Notes under the pieces: model-generated
Told to the model about the DNA's origin: nothing
Databases searched by the model: none
Seen by the model: only the letters and a program-made list of their open reading frames with translations
Shown: positions 36,479 to 50,239 of the stretch, one piece after another
How positions within the stretch are numbered: position 1 is the stretch's first letter
Layout of the letters: each line of letters starts with the position of its first letter
Translations under genes and position numbers: made by a program
Source: Vicugna vicugna
Lineage: Eukaryota
Direction: 5' to 3'
NCBI GenBank assembly: GCA_013265495.1
Contig: PNXW01006365.1
Location: 1 to 59,125 of the forward strand
Length of the DNA stretch: 59,125 bases

Positions 36479-37339
36479 CCCTGAGGCTTCAGGAAGATTC
36501 GTGTCTTAATTGCACAGGAGAGAAAGCACGTGTGAAGTGGCTTTAGGAGGAAGGGAGCTGATGGGAAGGCTCCTCATGGTCTGAGAACTCCAGAAGGCAG
36601 ACAAGCCCCGACAGGGAGGCGCCTCTGGGTCGCCTGGGGCGGGAAACCCAGTCCCTCCATGGCTCTGTCTCCCTTCTCTGAGTCAGCTTCCTTTCCCCAG
36701 TGGAGACTGCTTCCTTCACAGTGAGTTTCTAGAAACACGAGCTTCTGTATTTTGCAAACTACCATCCTGGGGAGAGATTGACGCCCTCTCCCAATTCTCA
36801 TTAGGAGAGACCCCAGGAAAGAATGGGCCAGGTACCCACCCCCAGCCCCGTCAGAGATGCCATGGTGGCTCCTAGGGGTCCGTGCAAGTGGGAGGGATGG
36901 GCTAGAAGCTGGACAGCAGGTCCCATAAAGAGATGAAGCCACTGGGGAGACACGGCAGCTGCTCGTATCACAGACCAGTGATGAGCCATGAGGCAGAAGG
37001 CTGGAGGCCAGGTCAGAAGGGGTGCAATAATCCAGGCGAGATGAAGATCTAAGAGAGGGAACAAATCCACAATATCCAGAAGGACCTAGCAAGGCCAGGT
37101 GCTGAAATCACAGACAAGGATGGGCTTGCAACAGAAGCAGCAGGGAGTGGGATGCCCTGGGGGAGTGGGCGTGGAAAGGATGGGGCAGGCTAAGGTTCAG
37201 AGACAGCAAAGGCCAGAGGTTGGAATCCTCCTGGGGCAGGAATCCTGCAACTGCTGGTGCTGTGAGTTCAAAGAGTGAGTCCGGGTCTCACAGTCAGATT
37301 AGAAGAACATCGGGGAGCCAACAAGCCCTGGGAAGCACC

Positions 37340-37945
37340 AGTTTTCACAACAACTGAGATGTGGAAACGCCCTAAGTGTCCATCTGCAGATGACTGTATA
37401 AAGAAGACATGGTACGTATATACAATGGAATATTATTCATCCATGAGAAAGAAGGAAATCCTGCATTTCTGACAACATGGATGAGCCTGGAGGATATCAT
37501 GCTAAGTGAAGTAAGCCAGGCACAGAAAGCTAAATACCACATGTTTTCACTGATGTGTGGAATGTGAAGTGTCAAACCCAGAAGCAGAGAGTAGAATGGT
37601 GTTTTCCAAAGGCAAGGCAAGAGGGCAAGAATGCAGAGATACTGGTGTAAAGGTACAAAGTTTCTGTTATAAGATGTGTAAGTTCTGGGGATCTAATGTG
37701 CAGCATGGTGACTACAGTTAGCAATATTGTGTTGTATACATAAAGTTGCCAAGAGGGTAAATCTGAAGCGTTCTCACCACCAAAAGAAAGAAGAAAATGG
37801 AAGCTATTTGGCAATGGATATGTTAATAAGCTTGACTATGTTGTCATTTCTAATCTATACGTATGTCAAAATGGTCCACCTTAAATATATACAATTCTTA
37901 GGTGTTAATTATTCCTCAGTAAGGATGCCAAATAAATAAATTAAC
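37340..37945 (+). mobile_element. L1MA-like 3' end
   Basis: CCTAAGTGTCCATC...TACAATGGAATATTATTCA...CAACATGGATGAGCCTGGAGGATATCATGCTAAGTGAA; A-rich end. Confidence 0.9.
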
Positions 37946-37949
37946 TGAC

Positions 37950-38352
37950 TAGAAACGGAGTCAATATCTCTCCCTTTGAATCCAGACAGGCTCTGTGGCT
38001 GTGACTAGGCAGAAATGTGACAGAAGAGACAGTGTGTCAGTTTCCAGGCCCTGACCTTAAGAAACTGGCAGCTGCTTCCAGTCTCTTGGAATCTAGCTAC
38101 CATGTTGTGAGGAAGCTCAAGCAACTCTGTAGAGAAGCCCACACGGAGAAGGGCCAGAGGTCAGCCACATGGCTGAGCCAATTTTGGAAGTGGATCCCCA
38201 GGTCCTATTCACCCACCCCAGCCCAAGCCTCCCAGAGTAAACAAAGTGTTCCCTTCAAGCCCTGACTAAACCGCAAATTCGGGATCAAATAAACCATTGT
38301 TGTTTAAGGTTGTTTCAAGATGGTTCCTTACACAACCACAAATTACAGAATA
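37950..38352 (+). mobile_element. MaLR LTR (MLT1-like)
   Basis: CTCTCCCTTTGAATC...GGCCCTGACCTTAAGAAACTGGCAGC...CCATGTTGTGAGGAAGCTCAAG...AAATAAACCATTGTTGTTTAAG. Confidence 0.75.
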
Positions 38353-41300
38353 TCAATAAAACATATCAATAAATACAGGCTAAAATTGAAAAATGAAGAA
38401 ATATGTGATTTAGATCAGGGGTAAATATCAAAATTAAAATCCAAGAGAGGGGGAAATGGTTGCCTCTGAGATGGGAAAATGCAGGAGGGAGACGGGAACC
38501 TGCTGTTTTTGTTTTATTGTAACAAACCTGTGGATCTATTTGATACTTTCAACTACATTAATGTGTAACTTGGTTAAAAGTTAAAACTAAAACAAAATTT
38601 TTTCCTTTTTGTCTTTTTCCGTAGCAGGAATGGATCTACAATTGGTTTAAAAGGTTCCTTGCACACTCAGCTCGGGTATATTCAACGGTCCATTATTCCA
38701 GTAACTAAGATAAAATTCCTGCTGACAGGCCACCTGCTATTCCCACTCAGCTAAAGTGCTGCCTACACTCTTGTACCGAAAGCCTCAGGTAGCAGTCCTG
38801 GCGGTGACAAGTCCTGGGTGTCTCAGGGGGCCCCTAGGGGCCTTGTTTGTGACCTGTCTGAGCCCTGACCTGGGAGCAGTTATCCAGGCAGGAGGCACCC
38901 CCCGGCCCAGGGAAGGGCAGCCCTGCAGAGGAGGCTGCTGGCCCGGGTGTGGTGGCTCCGCGGAAGGGCTGGGCCTCAGGCCCCGGCTGGGCTTGGACCA
39001 CAGAGCCGTTCATGGGTCGGAATCACAGATTTCGGGGGTCACTGGAGTTGGGGGGAAGGTGCTGAAGCAGATTAAGATGTGAGCCCTGGTGAACGGGAGC
39101 AGGAGGAGGCCTCTCACAACATAAAGATGGGGGGGGTGCGCGCAGCTCTTGCACATAAGTGAGTTGGTGTGGCCAGGTCACCTCTTTGAACCTTGTCTTA
39201 GTATAGGGTTTCATGGTTTGGGGGTTTATGTGCTTTTTTTTTTAATATGTAGAAAGCCATTTTGGGGGAATTGTTTTTCTTTACTATGTAGAAAGGCATT
39301 ATGGGGGAAATACAAATTTGAAGTTATTTTACTTAACCAGGCTGATGAATTGCCTTGAGTTCTTTAATGTTCTTCAGTGGGAACCCTGCTCAGTTTGGAA
39401 AGCAGTTAGCCAAATACTGAAAAAGCAACAGAAACTGACCTGCAAAAGTGAAAGCTCTCCTTGAGTGTATTTCACCTTAATAGGTCCTCAGACTAACCAG
39501 CGTTCTGTTGGAGTAAAGTTGTCCTCCTGGTCCTTCTGATAGAAAATCATAGTGAAATTACTGACTACAGCTCTTGGATTCACAGGCTTTCCACACGTTA
39601 TATATCGATGCCCAAACCACCTGTCAGCCCCGGAGTTGTCTTTCATACAGAACAGCCCCTACCCTATTGCCCACACCCCAGACAGAGGGGAGGCCTGGCC
39701 TCTGCCAACGTGGCTGGAGGCTCGGAGCCTGCCTGGCTGAGCCTCCCTCCGCCCAGGCCTCTGCTGCACCCCAGCCGCTGGCAGGCTGAGGCTCTGTGCT
39801 GCAGAGGGGGCTCCCTGGTCATTGAGAGTCCTCCCCACAAACTCCAGGGGTGGGGGCTAGGATTTCTCCTGCCTTGGTGGTGGGATGGTCCCCTCTTCTG
39901 TCCCCACCCTAGGCACCTGACCCAGGTCGCCCTGTGGAAGGAAAGTGCCTGGATGCCCCTCCCTGGTAGGTGGAATAGGCCAGGGGGAGACTCTGCCCAG
40001 CAGACCTTAATTAGGGATTTACGAACATTTGTTTTCTGTCAATGAGTCACTTTGTTTAGTATTTGGCCAGTTGTTTGGCTTTCAAACACTCAGCTTGCCA
40101 ACAGGCCTTAAGGGTATCAAGTCCTGCCTTAAGGTTAGGGTTTCCGCCCCTCCCCCTCCCCTCCAGAATCACCTCCGCACCAGGCCCTGGGCTCACAGCC
40201 CCGTGACACAGGTACTACTATTTTTGCCATTTCACAGAGGGGGGAGTTAAGGCTGGACGAGGAAGAGTACCGAAGGCCGCCCACGGTGAGCGGCGGCGCT
40301 CGAATGAGCCCCGGCCCAGGGTCCACTTATTTCTTTCGAATCAGTGCTTCTCAAGGCTCAAGCTATTCAGGTGTCACCTAAATGAGTGTCTGCCATGGCC
40401 CCAGGCTGCTTGTACCAGTCTTTGTTTAATTTCTTTACTTAATAGTTAATATTTTTGTTTGAATGAGCTCGCTTTTCCTTGAATTTACTAGAAAAGGAAA
40501 CTTTACTAGAAATGGAAGACTACCGTCTCTTGCTATGAATAGAAGGCAACTGTATATTTCAAACAAAAAAGCAGTATTATTAAAATCTCTTTATATCCTG
40601 TGCCTGCCAGGGCTCTAAGTCTAAAGCATGCTTTATCTTTGTTAGAAGGGAGACTGCAACGCTAGGGGGCTGTTAAACACATTCTAGAACCAAAGGCGAT
40701 TCTCTCCTTGACATTATCGGAAAGGTTGGAAGAGAAAAGAAAAGATAATAGTGTTCTCATTTTGAAGTTCTATTCAGTGCTATTCAGTGTCCTGTCTGGA
40801 TACCAGCTAACCCACTCTCCAGTCCACCTAAAACAATTTAGAGCACCACACTTTGGAAATACGTTATCCCCCATTTTGGAAAATTCTGTTTAAAGGGAAA
40901 ATGGGAAACACAGCAGGAACAGATGCACCTAATCTTAATCAAACTTCAAGATTCGTCCTCCCTTCCTTCCTTCCTTCTTTTATTCCTTCCTGAGATACAT
41001 CAAACATTCAGAATAGTGCATAAAACATAAAGATATGGTTTAAAGCATTACTGTAGAATTAAACAGTGAAGTCACCCCCAGCAAATCAAGAAGTAGAATA
41101 TGGCCGGGCCCCACCTCCCCATGCCCTTCCCCCCCACAACCTATCCCTTCCTTCCCCAACAGAGGGAACCACCGAATTCTTTGAAAATTATTTCCTTCCC
41201 ATAATTTTATCTGCAATTTGGTTTAGTTTTGACTTCCCAACTTAAAAAAAATAACTTAAGTGTTTTGAGTTTCAGTTTTATTCATGGACATTACTGAGAA

Positions 41301-44300
41301 TATAGCCTGGGAAACAACCTCTTAGTTGCTCCGAGGAACTGCTCTGAAGGGGGGGAGGGGCATATGTGTGTGTGTGTACACACACACACAGACACACACA
41401 CACACGTGTGTAAATTTTTTTGGCTATGAAAAAACCTAGTCAAGCATACACATTGTTAAAAGATTACTGCTAGGTAAAAGATCACTGCTAATCAGGAAGA
41501 ACATACCACAAGTTAATGATTTTAGTGCTTTTCTATATATGGCTCATGGCAATTATTCCTGAGTTATGCAACTTAACTATCTGGGGGCCCATTTCTCCAA
41601 AACACAGAATACTTTACCTCATTTTTTGTTGAATTCCCCTCAGGGCACAGTGTCAGTGGGGTGACTGCAGTGGGTTTCAATTTAACCCTTGGTCTAACTG
41701 GAGGGTGAGGGACACCCTTTGTTCCTTTTTTTTTTTTTAACAGTCTCCCCTCTTTTGGGGGATAAATTCAACCAAGGTTTGGGAGGCATTTCATGACCAG
41801 TGTGTCCCATGACTCTAGGATGGCTCATTTGTAGGTCAGGTGAAGATTCTGTTAATAGGCCATTCCCGTGCGATGTCTGGAGTAGGTCCTGTTCATAATC
41901 TCAGAATTCTTTGGACCATCTATCTTACTAGTCTCCTATGATCCAGGAAATGTTTCTCCCAGGTTGCTTCTTCTGATATCTACAGCCGTACCACTACAGT
42001 TAATGCTACAGAGAGCTACATATGTGAATAATTACCTCATGGTGTTTAGTCGTCATCAATATTGTTGGAGACCTGGTTATACATTGGGTAGTACAAGAAA
42101 CATCAATCTTATAAAGTAACCAAGATATAAGTAATACAGCTAGCAAGTATCATTAATAAGGTCATAGTACAGCATCGAGAGGTCCAAAGCATGAACAGTT
42201 TGAAAACAACAAAGAAAACAAATTTAAACAATGATTACTGTAACTAGCTGTAATCTGTATTGCATAAGCCACAAAGTCCAGGAGAGAGCCAGCTGAAGAA
42301 GTCAAATTCTGGAGGAACCAGGTAGAACGAAAAAGATAAACGTTCTGTTTGGAAGGAAAAAAATTTCCTCTACCCTTCTAGCTTCTTCTGGTTGGTCTAA
42401 GAATTGAACTGACATGTGACAGAGTAATACAAGAAACGCCAACAAAGCTTAATAACAAGTATATATTAGGAGAGACCCAGGAAAAGGGAGTAACTCACCA
42501 AGACAGAGGAAGCCCTCACCTTAAATAGCAACCTCAGCTAAAGACAAAAGAAGATGTTGAGGGTGGGGAGGGTCAGTTATGGGAGGGTATCAGGAAAAAC
42601 ACAGTCAACAAATATACGATGGTCACTGTGATGCAGATTTAAGTCTTTGCCTTCTCCACTGTTAAGACTGGTCCTCCATCGACAGATGACTGGATACAGA
42701 AGATGTGGGTATATATACAATGGAATACTACTCAGCCATAAAAAAGAATAAAATAATGCCATTTACTGTAATATGGATGGGCCTGGATATTGTCATTCTA
42801 AATGAAGTAAGCCGGAAAGAGAAAGAAAAATGCCATATGATATCACTTATATGTGGAATCTAAAAAAATAAGATACAAATAAATTTATCTTCAAAACAGA
42901 AACAGACTCACAGACATAAAGAACAAACTTATACTTACCAGGGGTTCAAGGGAGTGGGAAGGGATAAATTGGGAATTCAAAAATTGCACCTCCTGGGGAG
43001 TGATGGAAATGTTAGCTATCTTGTTTGTGGTAGTGGTGGTCTCAATGGTGTATACATCTATCAAGATTCATCAAATTGTACATCTGAAATATGTGAACTT
43101 TACTGTACAGAAAACATACCACAATAAAGGTATTTAAAAAATGAAAGAAAAAGTGGTTCTCCTCCTCTTCCAGATAAACAGAAAGAGAGAAACTTAAAAA
43201 TGGAGAATTCCTTTACAAATGTGAATGTTTCTTACAAAAGGTAACTCCTACTTGGTTTTCAGAACCCTTCCCAAGTTTGCTGTTTCCTCAGAAAATAACC
43301 AGCTTAAAACAATTAATATGCCAAAGAGACACATTTAGGGTGGCAGATTCTGCTCCTCTTTAAAGCCAATAAACTTAAACTAACTTAAATACTGAATATT
43401 AATTTAATATTGAATATTTCCCAGATCACGTAAACTCAAAATTCATTTGGGTTAGTTTCCATTACATTTAGAAATATTTAATTTATAAGTGCTTACTTTT
43501 AAGTCAATTAAATAGAGCTCTTTTACAAATTAATTTTGATAATAACATCAGGAGGTAGAGACGTATCTATAACACATACATGACATATAAACAGACATAC
43601 CAGAGATGGCATAGCTTCATTTTAAAAAATTAGTCATGAATTCCGTATTATAATATAAAACATTTCTGCTTTGTAGAGATTTTCAACGCAAAGACAGTTG
43701 TTTTTAATTCCCCTAAACTGGCCAGACACCTAAATGATATCAAAGATTGATTTGCCCAACTATAGTTTAACTTGCTACTTTCCAGGGAGACACAATGTCC
43801 ATCCTCACGATACAATCAGACAAAGGAGAAGTAGCCATGTTACATAAAGCTCATTCAAAGACACCAATTTTATATAAATGTTCATCTCCCAGACAAGTGC
43901 ACTCTATTCACCCCAGTATAGAAAAATGTAAAAGGCTGGAAGAAAAAAACATCACCTGAGATACCTGACCAGCAATCTCTTGGGGAACAGACCAATTCAT
44001 CAAGTTCAAGATTGACAAAAGGCCTGGGTCCCTTAACTCAACCCCTCACTGGGGACCCCAAAGCCTTTTACATGGGAGTGGATAAAATGGTGAGGTGGGG
44101 GACAAAAAGAAAGTTCTGGGGCTCCGTGTGAGACAGAGACTTGGTCTAAGGTCGAGGGCATAGGACTTGGCCGAATGGAGCTGTGCTGCACTGTGTGCCT
44201 TCTTCTGTAGTTTGCATCTTTCACTCAACACCGTTTGTGAGAATCAGTTAATCTGTTCCATGAAACATTTCCGTTGCTGTCTAGGGTTCCATACATGACA

Positions 44301-47300
44301 GAGTCACAACTTGTATCCTCTTTCCTGCTCAGAACATCTGGGCTATTTCCAACTTTTTGCTACTTGAATGATGCTGCCCTAAATGTGTTGGCACATACCT
44401 CCTGGGGCCCATGTGGCACGGATTCTGTAGGGCATTTATCCAGAGTGGAAGGCTCCATCAGTGGACAGGCATGTCCCAGTGTCCCTGGAGAATGCTTGTG
44501 TCTGCAGGGAGTGCAGCTCCTCCTCCTCCTTTCTCTCCAAGGCTCCCAGGGTTGGGCTTGTTGGCCTTTGCCAGGCGGGGTCTGTAATACCACCATGAGC
44601 TTTATTCTGCATCACAGGAACACCTTTCCAATGTCACCCTGTGTGAAAACGCTGTCCAGTAGGAGGAGGAAGGCAGCTGAGGCAGAGGCAGTTCAGAGAG
44701 GGGCTGGCAGAGAAATGACAGCTGCAGAAGAGGGCTCTGGGAGGGGCTGTCTGGGGAGGCACTGTAGGTGGGGAGCCAGCAGGGAGGGCAGGGACCAAGG
44801 AGAGGGCTGAAGTGCAGAAAGGGCCACACCATGTCCCAAAGTGCCTCTACCCCCTTTCTCTGCCAGTGACTCTGGACCTGCCTCTGCCTGAGCTCCTCCA
44901 ACACCAGCCCTTCCAGCAGCATCGTGGACGCTGCCCTGCCTGCTCAGTCAAGGATCCCTTCCTCTCCTTACGCCCTCTTCTAGCCCCTGAAGCACAGCTC
45001 AGCGCCAGTCGTGCGGCCTCGTCAGTGGGAACTGCATCCACACTTCTCTCCCGCCCAGATCCCTCGGGACCCCTTTCCCAGCTTTGCCTCCTGCTCCTCT
45101 CCCAAGGGGGCCGCACACTCTGGTCAGGGGAGGCTCCTGGGCCCGGCCCATAGGGTCTACACTCTTCCTATTGCCCAGCCCAGGGGCCCTCGATTCTTCC
45201 CCCCGGCACAGTGTCCAGGAGCATGACTGGGTTTACCCACCCCTCACCCTTCTAGACAGGAAGCCCCACACTGGTTGGGTGTGCTATGGCTCCTCTGGGC
45301 CTCCAGGATGATTTACACATGCCCCCAGCTCAAGAGACTTTAATTAATGAAATTGTCTCCTTTAAGGAAAGTAGACACCCAGCTTTTTCACTTTTCTCTC
45401 TGAGACCCTCTGTGAGGCAGGCCTCTCTCAGCCAGCTCAGTGAGAGCCTTGGAGGCCTCAGCCCTCCTCCTGGGCCTGTTTCCAAGGCCGGTATAATCAC
45501 TTCCTTCAACCAACAGTTGCCTTCTGGGACCTTTGAGCTTGGCAACCGCTCTCTGACCCCAAATGCCAAGCTGGTGTGACCCTTATGATCAGTTTAGTAG
45601 ATGTCCAGTGTAGGGGACAATGTGCGCTCTGGGGTTCCCAGGTGACCCCGATATGCCCTCCAGCTCTGCTGAGTCCAGAACACATCTCTGCAGGCACTTC
45701 CCCTCTGTGGCTCCTTGGATGCCCCTGAGATTCATTCTGTGTCTGGTTCCCCCCAAAACCCCCCCCAGGGCGACCCTTCCCAGGTCTGTTCTCTGATCAG
45801 TCCCATCTGTCCCTCGGGAAGTGCAGAGCCTGCTTCTAACTCTCACACAAGCCATAGTGGTAAGAGAAAGGCAAGGGGCTTCTCCCTCCCTCGCTGCCAG
45901 CTCCTTCACCTCCACTGTGACCTCTAAGAACTCTGAGAGGCAGTGACCTCCTCAGAGAACCCCTGTGAACCCGAGGCCCTGCCCTTGCCTCTCTCAGCCA
46001 CGTGCTCCTTCCTGGGCCACTAAGCACTCAGGTCAAGATGCAAATAACTGCTCTGTGAGCAACGTGGCCAACCTGTGACCAACTTTCCTGATGGAACCTC
46101 ATTCAGACACGTGGGGAGGAGAACTGGCCCCAGAACTGCATGGGCAGGCCTGGTCAGAAGGGAAGATGCGTTATCAGAACTCCTGGGATGCCAGACACTG
46201 CCACTCTGTCTGGGCCAGGCTGAGATGACATCCTGCAGCCCCAGTGCCCACCCAGTGCCCTCCTACGTGATTGCCAGTCCCCCAGGTGACTTCAGGAGGC
46301 TTGGCACCTCCTTGATCCCATGAGGTCTGCCAGATGTGGCCCCCAAGGAAAAGATGGCAAAATAAAACTCATATATTTTTCCAAATCTCAGTACCAGTGG
46401 GGACAATCATGCCATTTCTAGAGGGCTGGTGGGAAGGTCAAATGAGAGGTGTGGACGAGGGCCCAGGGAGCACTGGCCCCTAGAAAGTGATGCCTCCGTT
46501 GCCCCATAGTGTTGGGGGGTGTGGTCTCCTGATGATCAATGCCTTTCTGTTCCTGGCTGCTGCCCTGCTCTCCCTGAGTGGTGGGACTGTCACTGCATTT
46601 CCCAGGGGCACATCGTGAGAATGAGAGGGCAGGAGGCAGGCAGAAGTCATTCCCCCATGGACCACTGGCAGCTGGTGCCACATGGACTCAGCATTGCCCA
46701 GCCTCTGGCAATGCCTACAGTGGGCACTGTGCTGGGGGCTGAGACACAGCCCAGACAGCTTAGGGTGGTAAATGGGGGCAATGGTGGAGGGTGCTGGGGG
46801 TCTAGATGGGGCCCCATGGACAAGCCGATCCTTTTCAGAGAACAGACAGACCAGGACAACTGTCCCCCAGAGTGAAGCTAGGCATCCCCTGGCCCAGGGT
46901 ATCAGCTACCCAGGAGTGCAGGGATGGAGGTGTTATCTCTTACTCCAGAGCAGAAAGCTGTGCTGCCTTATCATCCTTGGGCCCCGGGGAAAGGAGTGTA
47001 ACAGCATGTCACCACGCTCAGGAGACTCAGGCCCAGAGTGGGCAGGCAGGGTGTCCTGGTGGGAACGTGAACAAACATGCTTTGTTTACTGTGAGTGACC
47101 TGTGGTTTGTATTTGGTCTCCAGTCCTGCTCAGGCACAGGACAAAATTCCCAAGAAACCAAGACCCATCACAGCTGATGATCACTTAATGTCGTCATAAG
47201 AAGAGCATTAAAAGACACTTTACAGCGCACACCTATCAGAATGGCTAAAATTAAAAACAGTGACAACAGCGAATGGTGCTGTGAATGCGCAGAAGCTGGA

Positions 47301-47411
47301 TCCCTCCTCGGTTGCTGGTGGGAATGCAAAGTGGTGCGGCCCCTCTGCAAAACCACTTGGCAGTTTCTTATCTTTTGGTAGGGGAGGTAGTTTCTTTTAA
47401 AGAAGAAAAGT

Positions 47412-47500
47412 CAGAGAAGGTATAGCTCAGTGGTAGAGTGCTAGCTTAGCATGCACATGGTCCTGGGTTCAATCCCTCTTACCTCCTTTAAAAAACATAT
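47412..47500 (+). mobile_element. tRNA-derived SINE
   Basis: GGTATAGCTCAGTGGTAGAG (A-box) and GGTTCAATCC (B-box), A-rich tail. Confidence 0.8.
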
Positions 47501-47984
47501 TTTGAAAAACTCGCAGGTAACAACATGGACCAGCAATTGCACTCTTTGGCATGTATCTCAGAGAAATGGAATGAAATGAAATGTTCACTCAAAAACCTCT
47601 CCATGTAGATTCGTGGCAGCTTTATTTAGAATAACCCAACCTGAACCAGACCAGACATTCTTGCACAGGTAGAGGGTTAAACAGGCAGGGGGTCCACTCA
47701 CCCCAGACACTGCTCAGAGGCACAGAGGAGTCAACTGCTGCTCCATGTTGGGTAAGTCTTCAGGGAATTAGGCTGAGTGAAAATGGCCAATCCCAAAAGA
47801 CTGTATGATTCCATTTATGTAACTTACTTGAAATGACAAAATTTTAGACATGCAGGACAGGGATTAGGGACAGAGGTCTGCATGGTAGTAAAGGGGCCCA
47901 TGGGGTTGGAGCTGTTCAGTATCTTGACTGTGTGGTGTTTCCAGAACCCACGCGTGTGATAAGATGGTATAGAACCTAAACACG

Positions 47985-47985
47985 T

Positions 47986-48019
<34 letters not shown>
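47985..48019. repeat. (CG)n(CA)n microsatellite, expanded in copy B only
   Basis: Directly visible; short in copy A at ~8101-8116. Confidence 0.85.
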
Positions 48020-49957
48020 GAGGACATGTAAACGGGGGAATGTGAATAGAAGGGTGAACATGTGTGCGTTATACCACTGGGGAAGATTGGACAGAGCATG
48101 CAAGCCATCTCTGTGTTATTTCTCCCAACTGCATGTGGATCTACAGTTACGACCAAAATTCAAATGAAGAAAGGAAATTGGGAATTTGCTGGAATGAAGA
48201 TTAATCTTGGAGTAACCAAACTTTAATCTACGGCCAGGTTAATTAATTAACCAATTAATTAATTCAGGGTCTTCCCAGGAGTCAGTCTCCCCTGACCTTT
48301 AGCCCAAGAACTTTCCTACCACACGACTAAGGGGATAGAAGGAGCGATGGGGACAAGTCACAAAGGCCAGGAAGGATGACCCCAAGTTGATATTTCTTCT
48401 GAGAGCTAGAGGATAAGCAGGGTCAGCAAGGTGAGCTGGTGAACAGCAGGCAGAGGGAGGAGGACCCAGGAAGTGCTGCCTGAGGGTAGGGAGGCTGAGG
48501 GTGGGGCTGGGCAGGGAGATGCTGGTGACCAGCGCAGGTTGGCTCAGGTGTAAGGAGGCCTGGGTGCAGACTGGGGACCTTGGTCCACTGGAGAGGGCGG
48601 AGCTGAGAGGAAGTTGTTTTAAGGTCTTAACTGTGGTAAAAAAAAATAATAATAACATAAAGTTTACCATCGTAACCATTTTTAGGTGTGCAGTTCAGTG
48701 GTGTTAAGTATATTCACATTCTTGAGCCACAATCTCTGGAACTTCGTCATCTTTCAAAACTGAAACTCTGCATCCATTAAACAAGGAGTCCCCAGTCCCC
48801 TCCTCCCAGCTCCTGGCAGCTACCACCCAACTTTCTATTTCTATGCACTTGACTACTTGAGATACCCAGTGTAAGTAGAATCACACGATATTCATCTTTG
48901 TGACCAACTTACTTCACTAAGCATCACATCCTCAAGGTTCATCCGTGTTGTTGCATGTTCCAGAATTTCCTTCCTTTTTAAGGACAAATAATAATCCTTG
49001 TAGAGCTGTGTCACATTCTGTTCCTCCATTCATCTGTTGCTGGACACTTGTGTTGCCTGTACCTTTGACAATAGTGAACAAGCTGCTACAAACATGGGTG
49101 TAAAAATACCTCTTGTAGGTCCTGCTTTCAAGTCTTTCAGATATACACCCAGGAGTGGGACTGCTGGATTGGAAAAATGCTTTTGAACCCAACCTCGGCC
49201 CCCTGGAACCTCTTAGCTCCTTATCAGAAGCTATTACTGTGAGTGTGGGTGGCCTGTAGAAGGAACAGATTCATACCTTGCAAGGGAGCAAGGTCAACTT
49301 CCTGAACAGTGGACTGGGCCCAAACCTGCCTGCCCCATATAGGCATAAACACACACAAATGCACACATGCCAATGCCTGCTCAGCCAGCCCTCGGTAACT
49401 GGAGATACAGACAAGGCCTCCACTCTGTTTTACCACCAGTCCCATGTTCTTCCACAGGAGGAGAATCTGGGCCTAGGGTCCTGGATGTGCCTTCTACCCA
49501 AGTGCCTGCTGCAGCTGCCCAGGCCAAACCTGGTGAGATGCTGAGTGGGTGGCAGGGCAGCCAGGCCACCCTGTGTGTCTGGGCCTCCCAGAATCAGGAA
49601 CCCAAACCCAGGCCCCTGGCCAAGGCTTCGTGCTTAGAACCCCACCTTCTTCAGCACCCAGACCCAAACCAGACCTAAGCTGACTTTCAGAAAATCCTGA
49701 ACAGATGAGGTGAAGGAAGGCGTGATGGTTCTAATACAGGACTTGTGAGCAGGGGGTTGGCAGGGCCCCTGTGAGGTTCTTGCAAATGCCCCTCAGGCAA
49801 AAGACATTTCCCCCTAATCCCCTGCACCCTCCCCTGAGGAGACAGCTGGGGACCATTCCATGAAAATTGGAGCTGCCTTTTTCAGGACCTTTGCTCCCTC
49901 AGTCACACCTGCCACTTTCGTTCTGGCAATATGGCTTAGGTCACCAGGCATGAATTA

Positions 49958-50040
49958 TGGTGGGGGGGGGGGATAGGTCAGTTGTAGACACATACTGGAT
50001 TCAATCCTCAGTATCTGCATTAAAATTAATAATAAATAAA
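49958..50040 (+). mobile_element. Degenerate short tRNA-SINE in the copy 2 promoter
   Basis: G-run, ATAGGTCAGTTGTAGA, GGATTCAATCC and an AATAAA-rich tail; absent from copy 1 at ~10975. Confidence 0.65.
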
Positions 50041-50165
50041 GTCACAGGGCAGGGGCAAGGGCAGGATGTGGTCACCAAGGGCACTGGGAAGGACATGGAG
50101 CCTTTTACAGCAGGAACAAAGTCCTCCCCTGATTTAAACCCAGACAGCTTGTACCGCAGCTCATA
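50041..50165 (+). promoter_or_regulatory. Proximal promoter of ALP copy 2
   Basis: GATTTAAA 50131-50138, HNF4-like GGAACAAAGTCCT 50113-50125 and TTTTAC, homologous to the copy 1 promoter. Confidence 0.6.
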
Positions 50166-50239
50166 CAATCTGTCCCAGCCTTGCTCAAGTTCTGGCCTCC
50201 CCAGGGTCCCAGCCTTGCTGCTCCTGACATCGCACAGAC

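Noticed and set aside
47412..47500. tRNA gene
   Set aside because: A/B boxes belong to a tRNA-derived SINE with an A-rich tail and no proper cloverleaf
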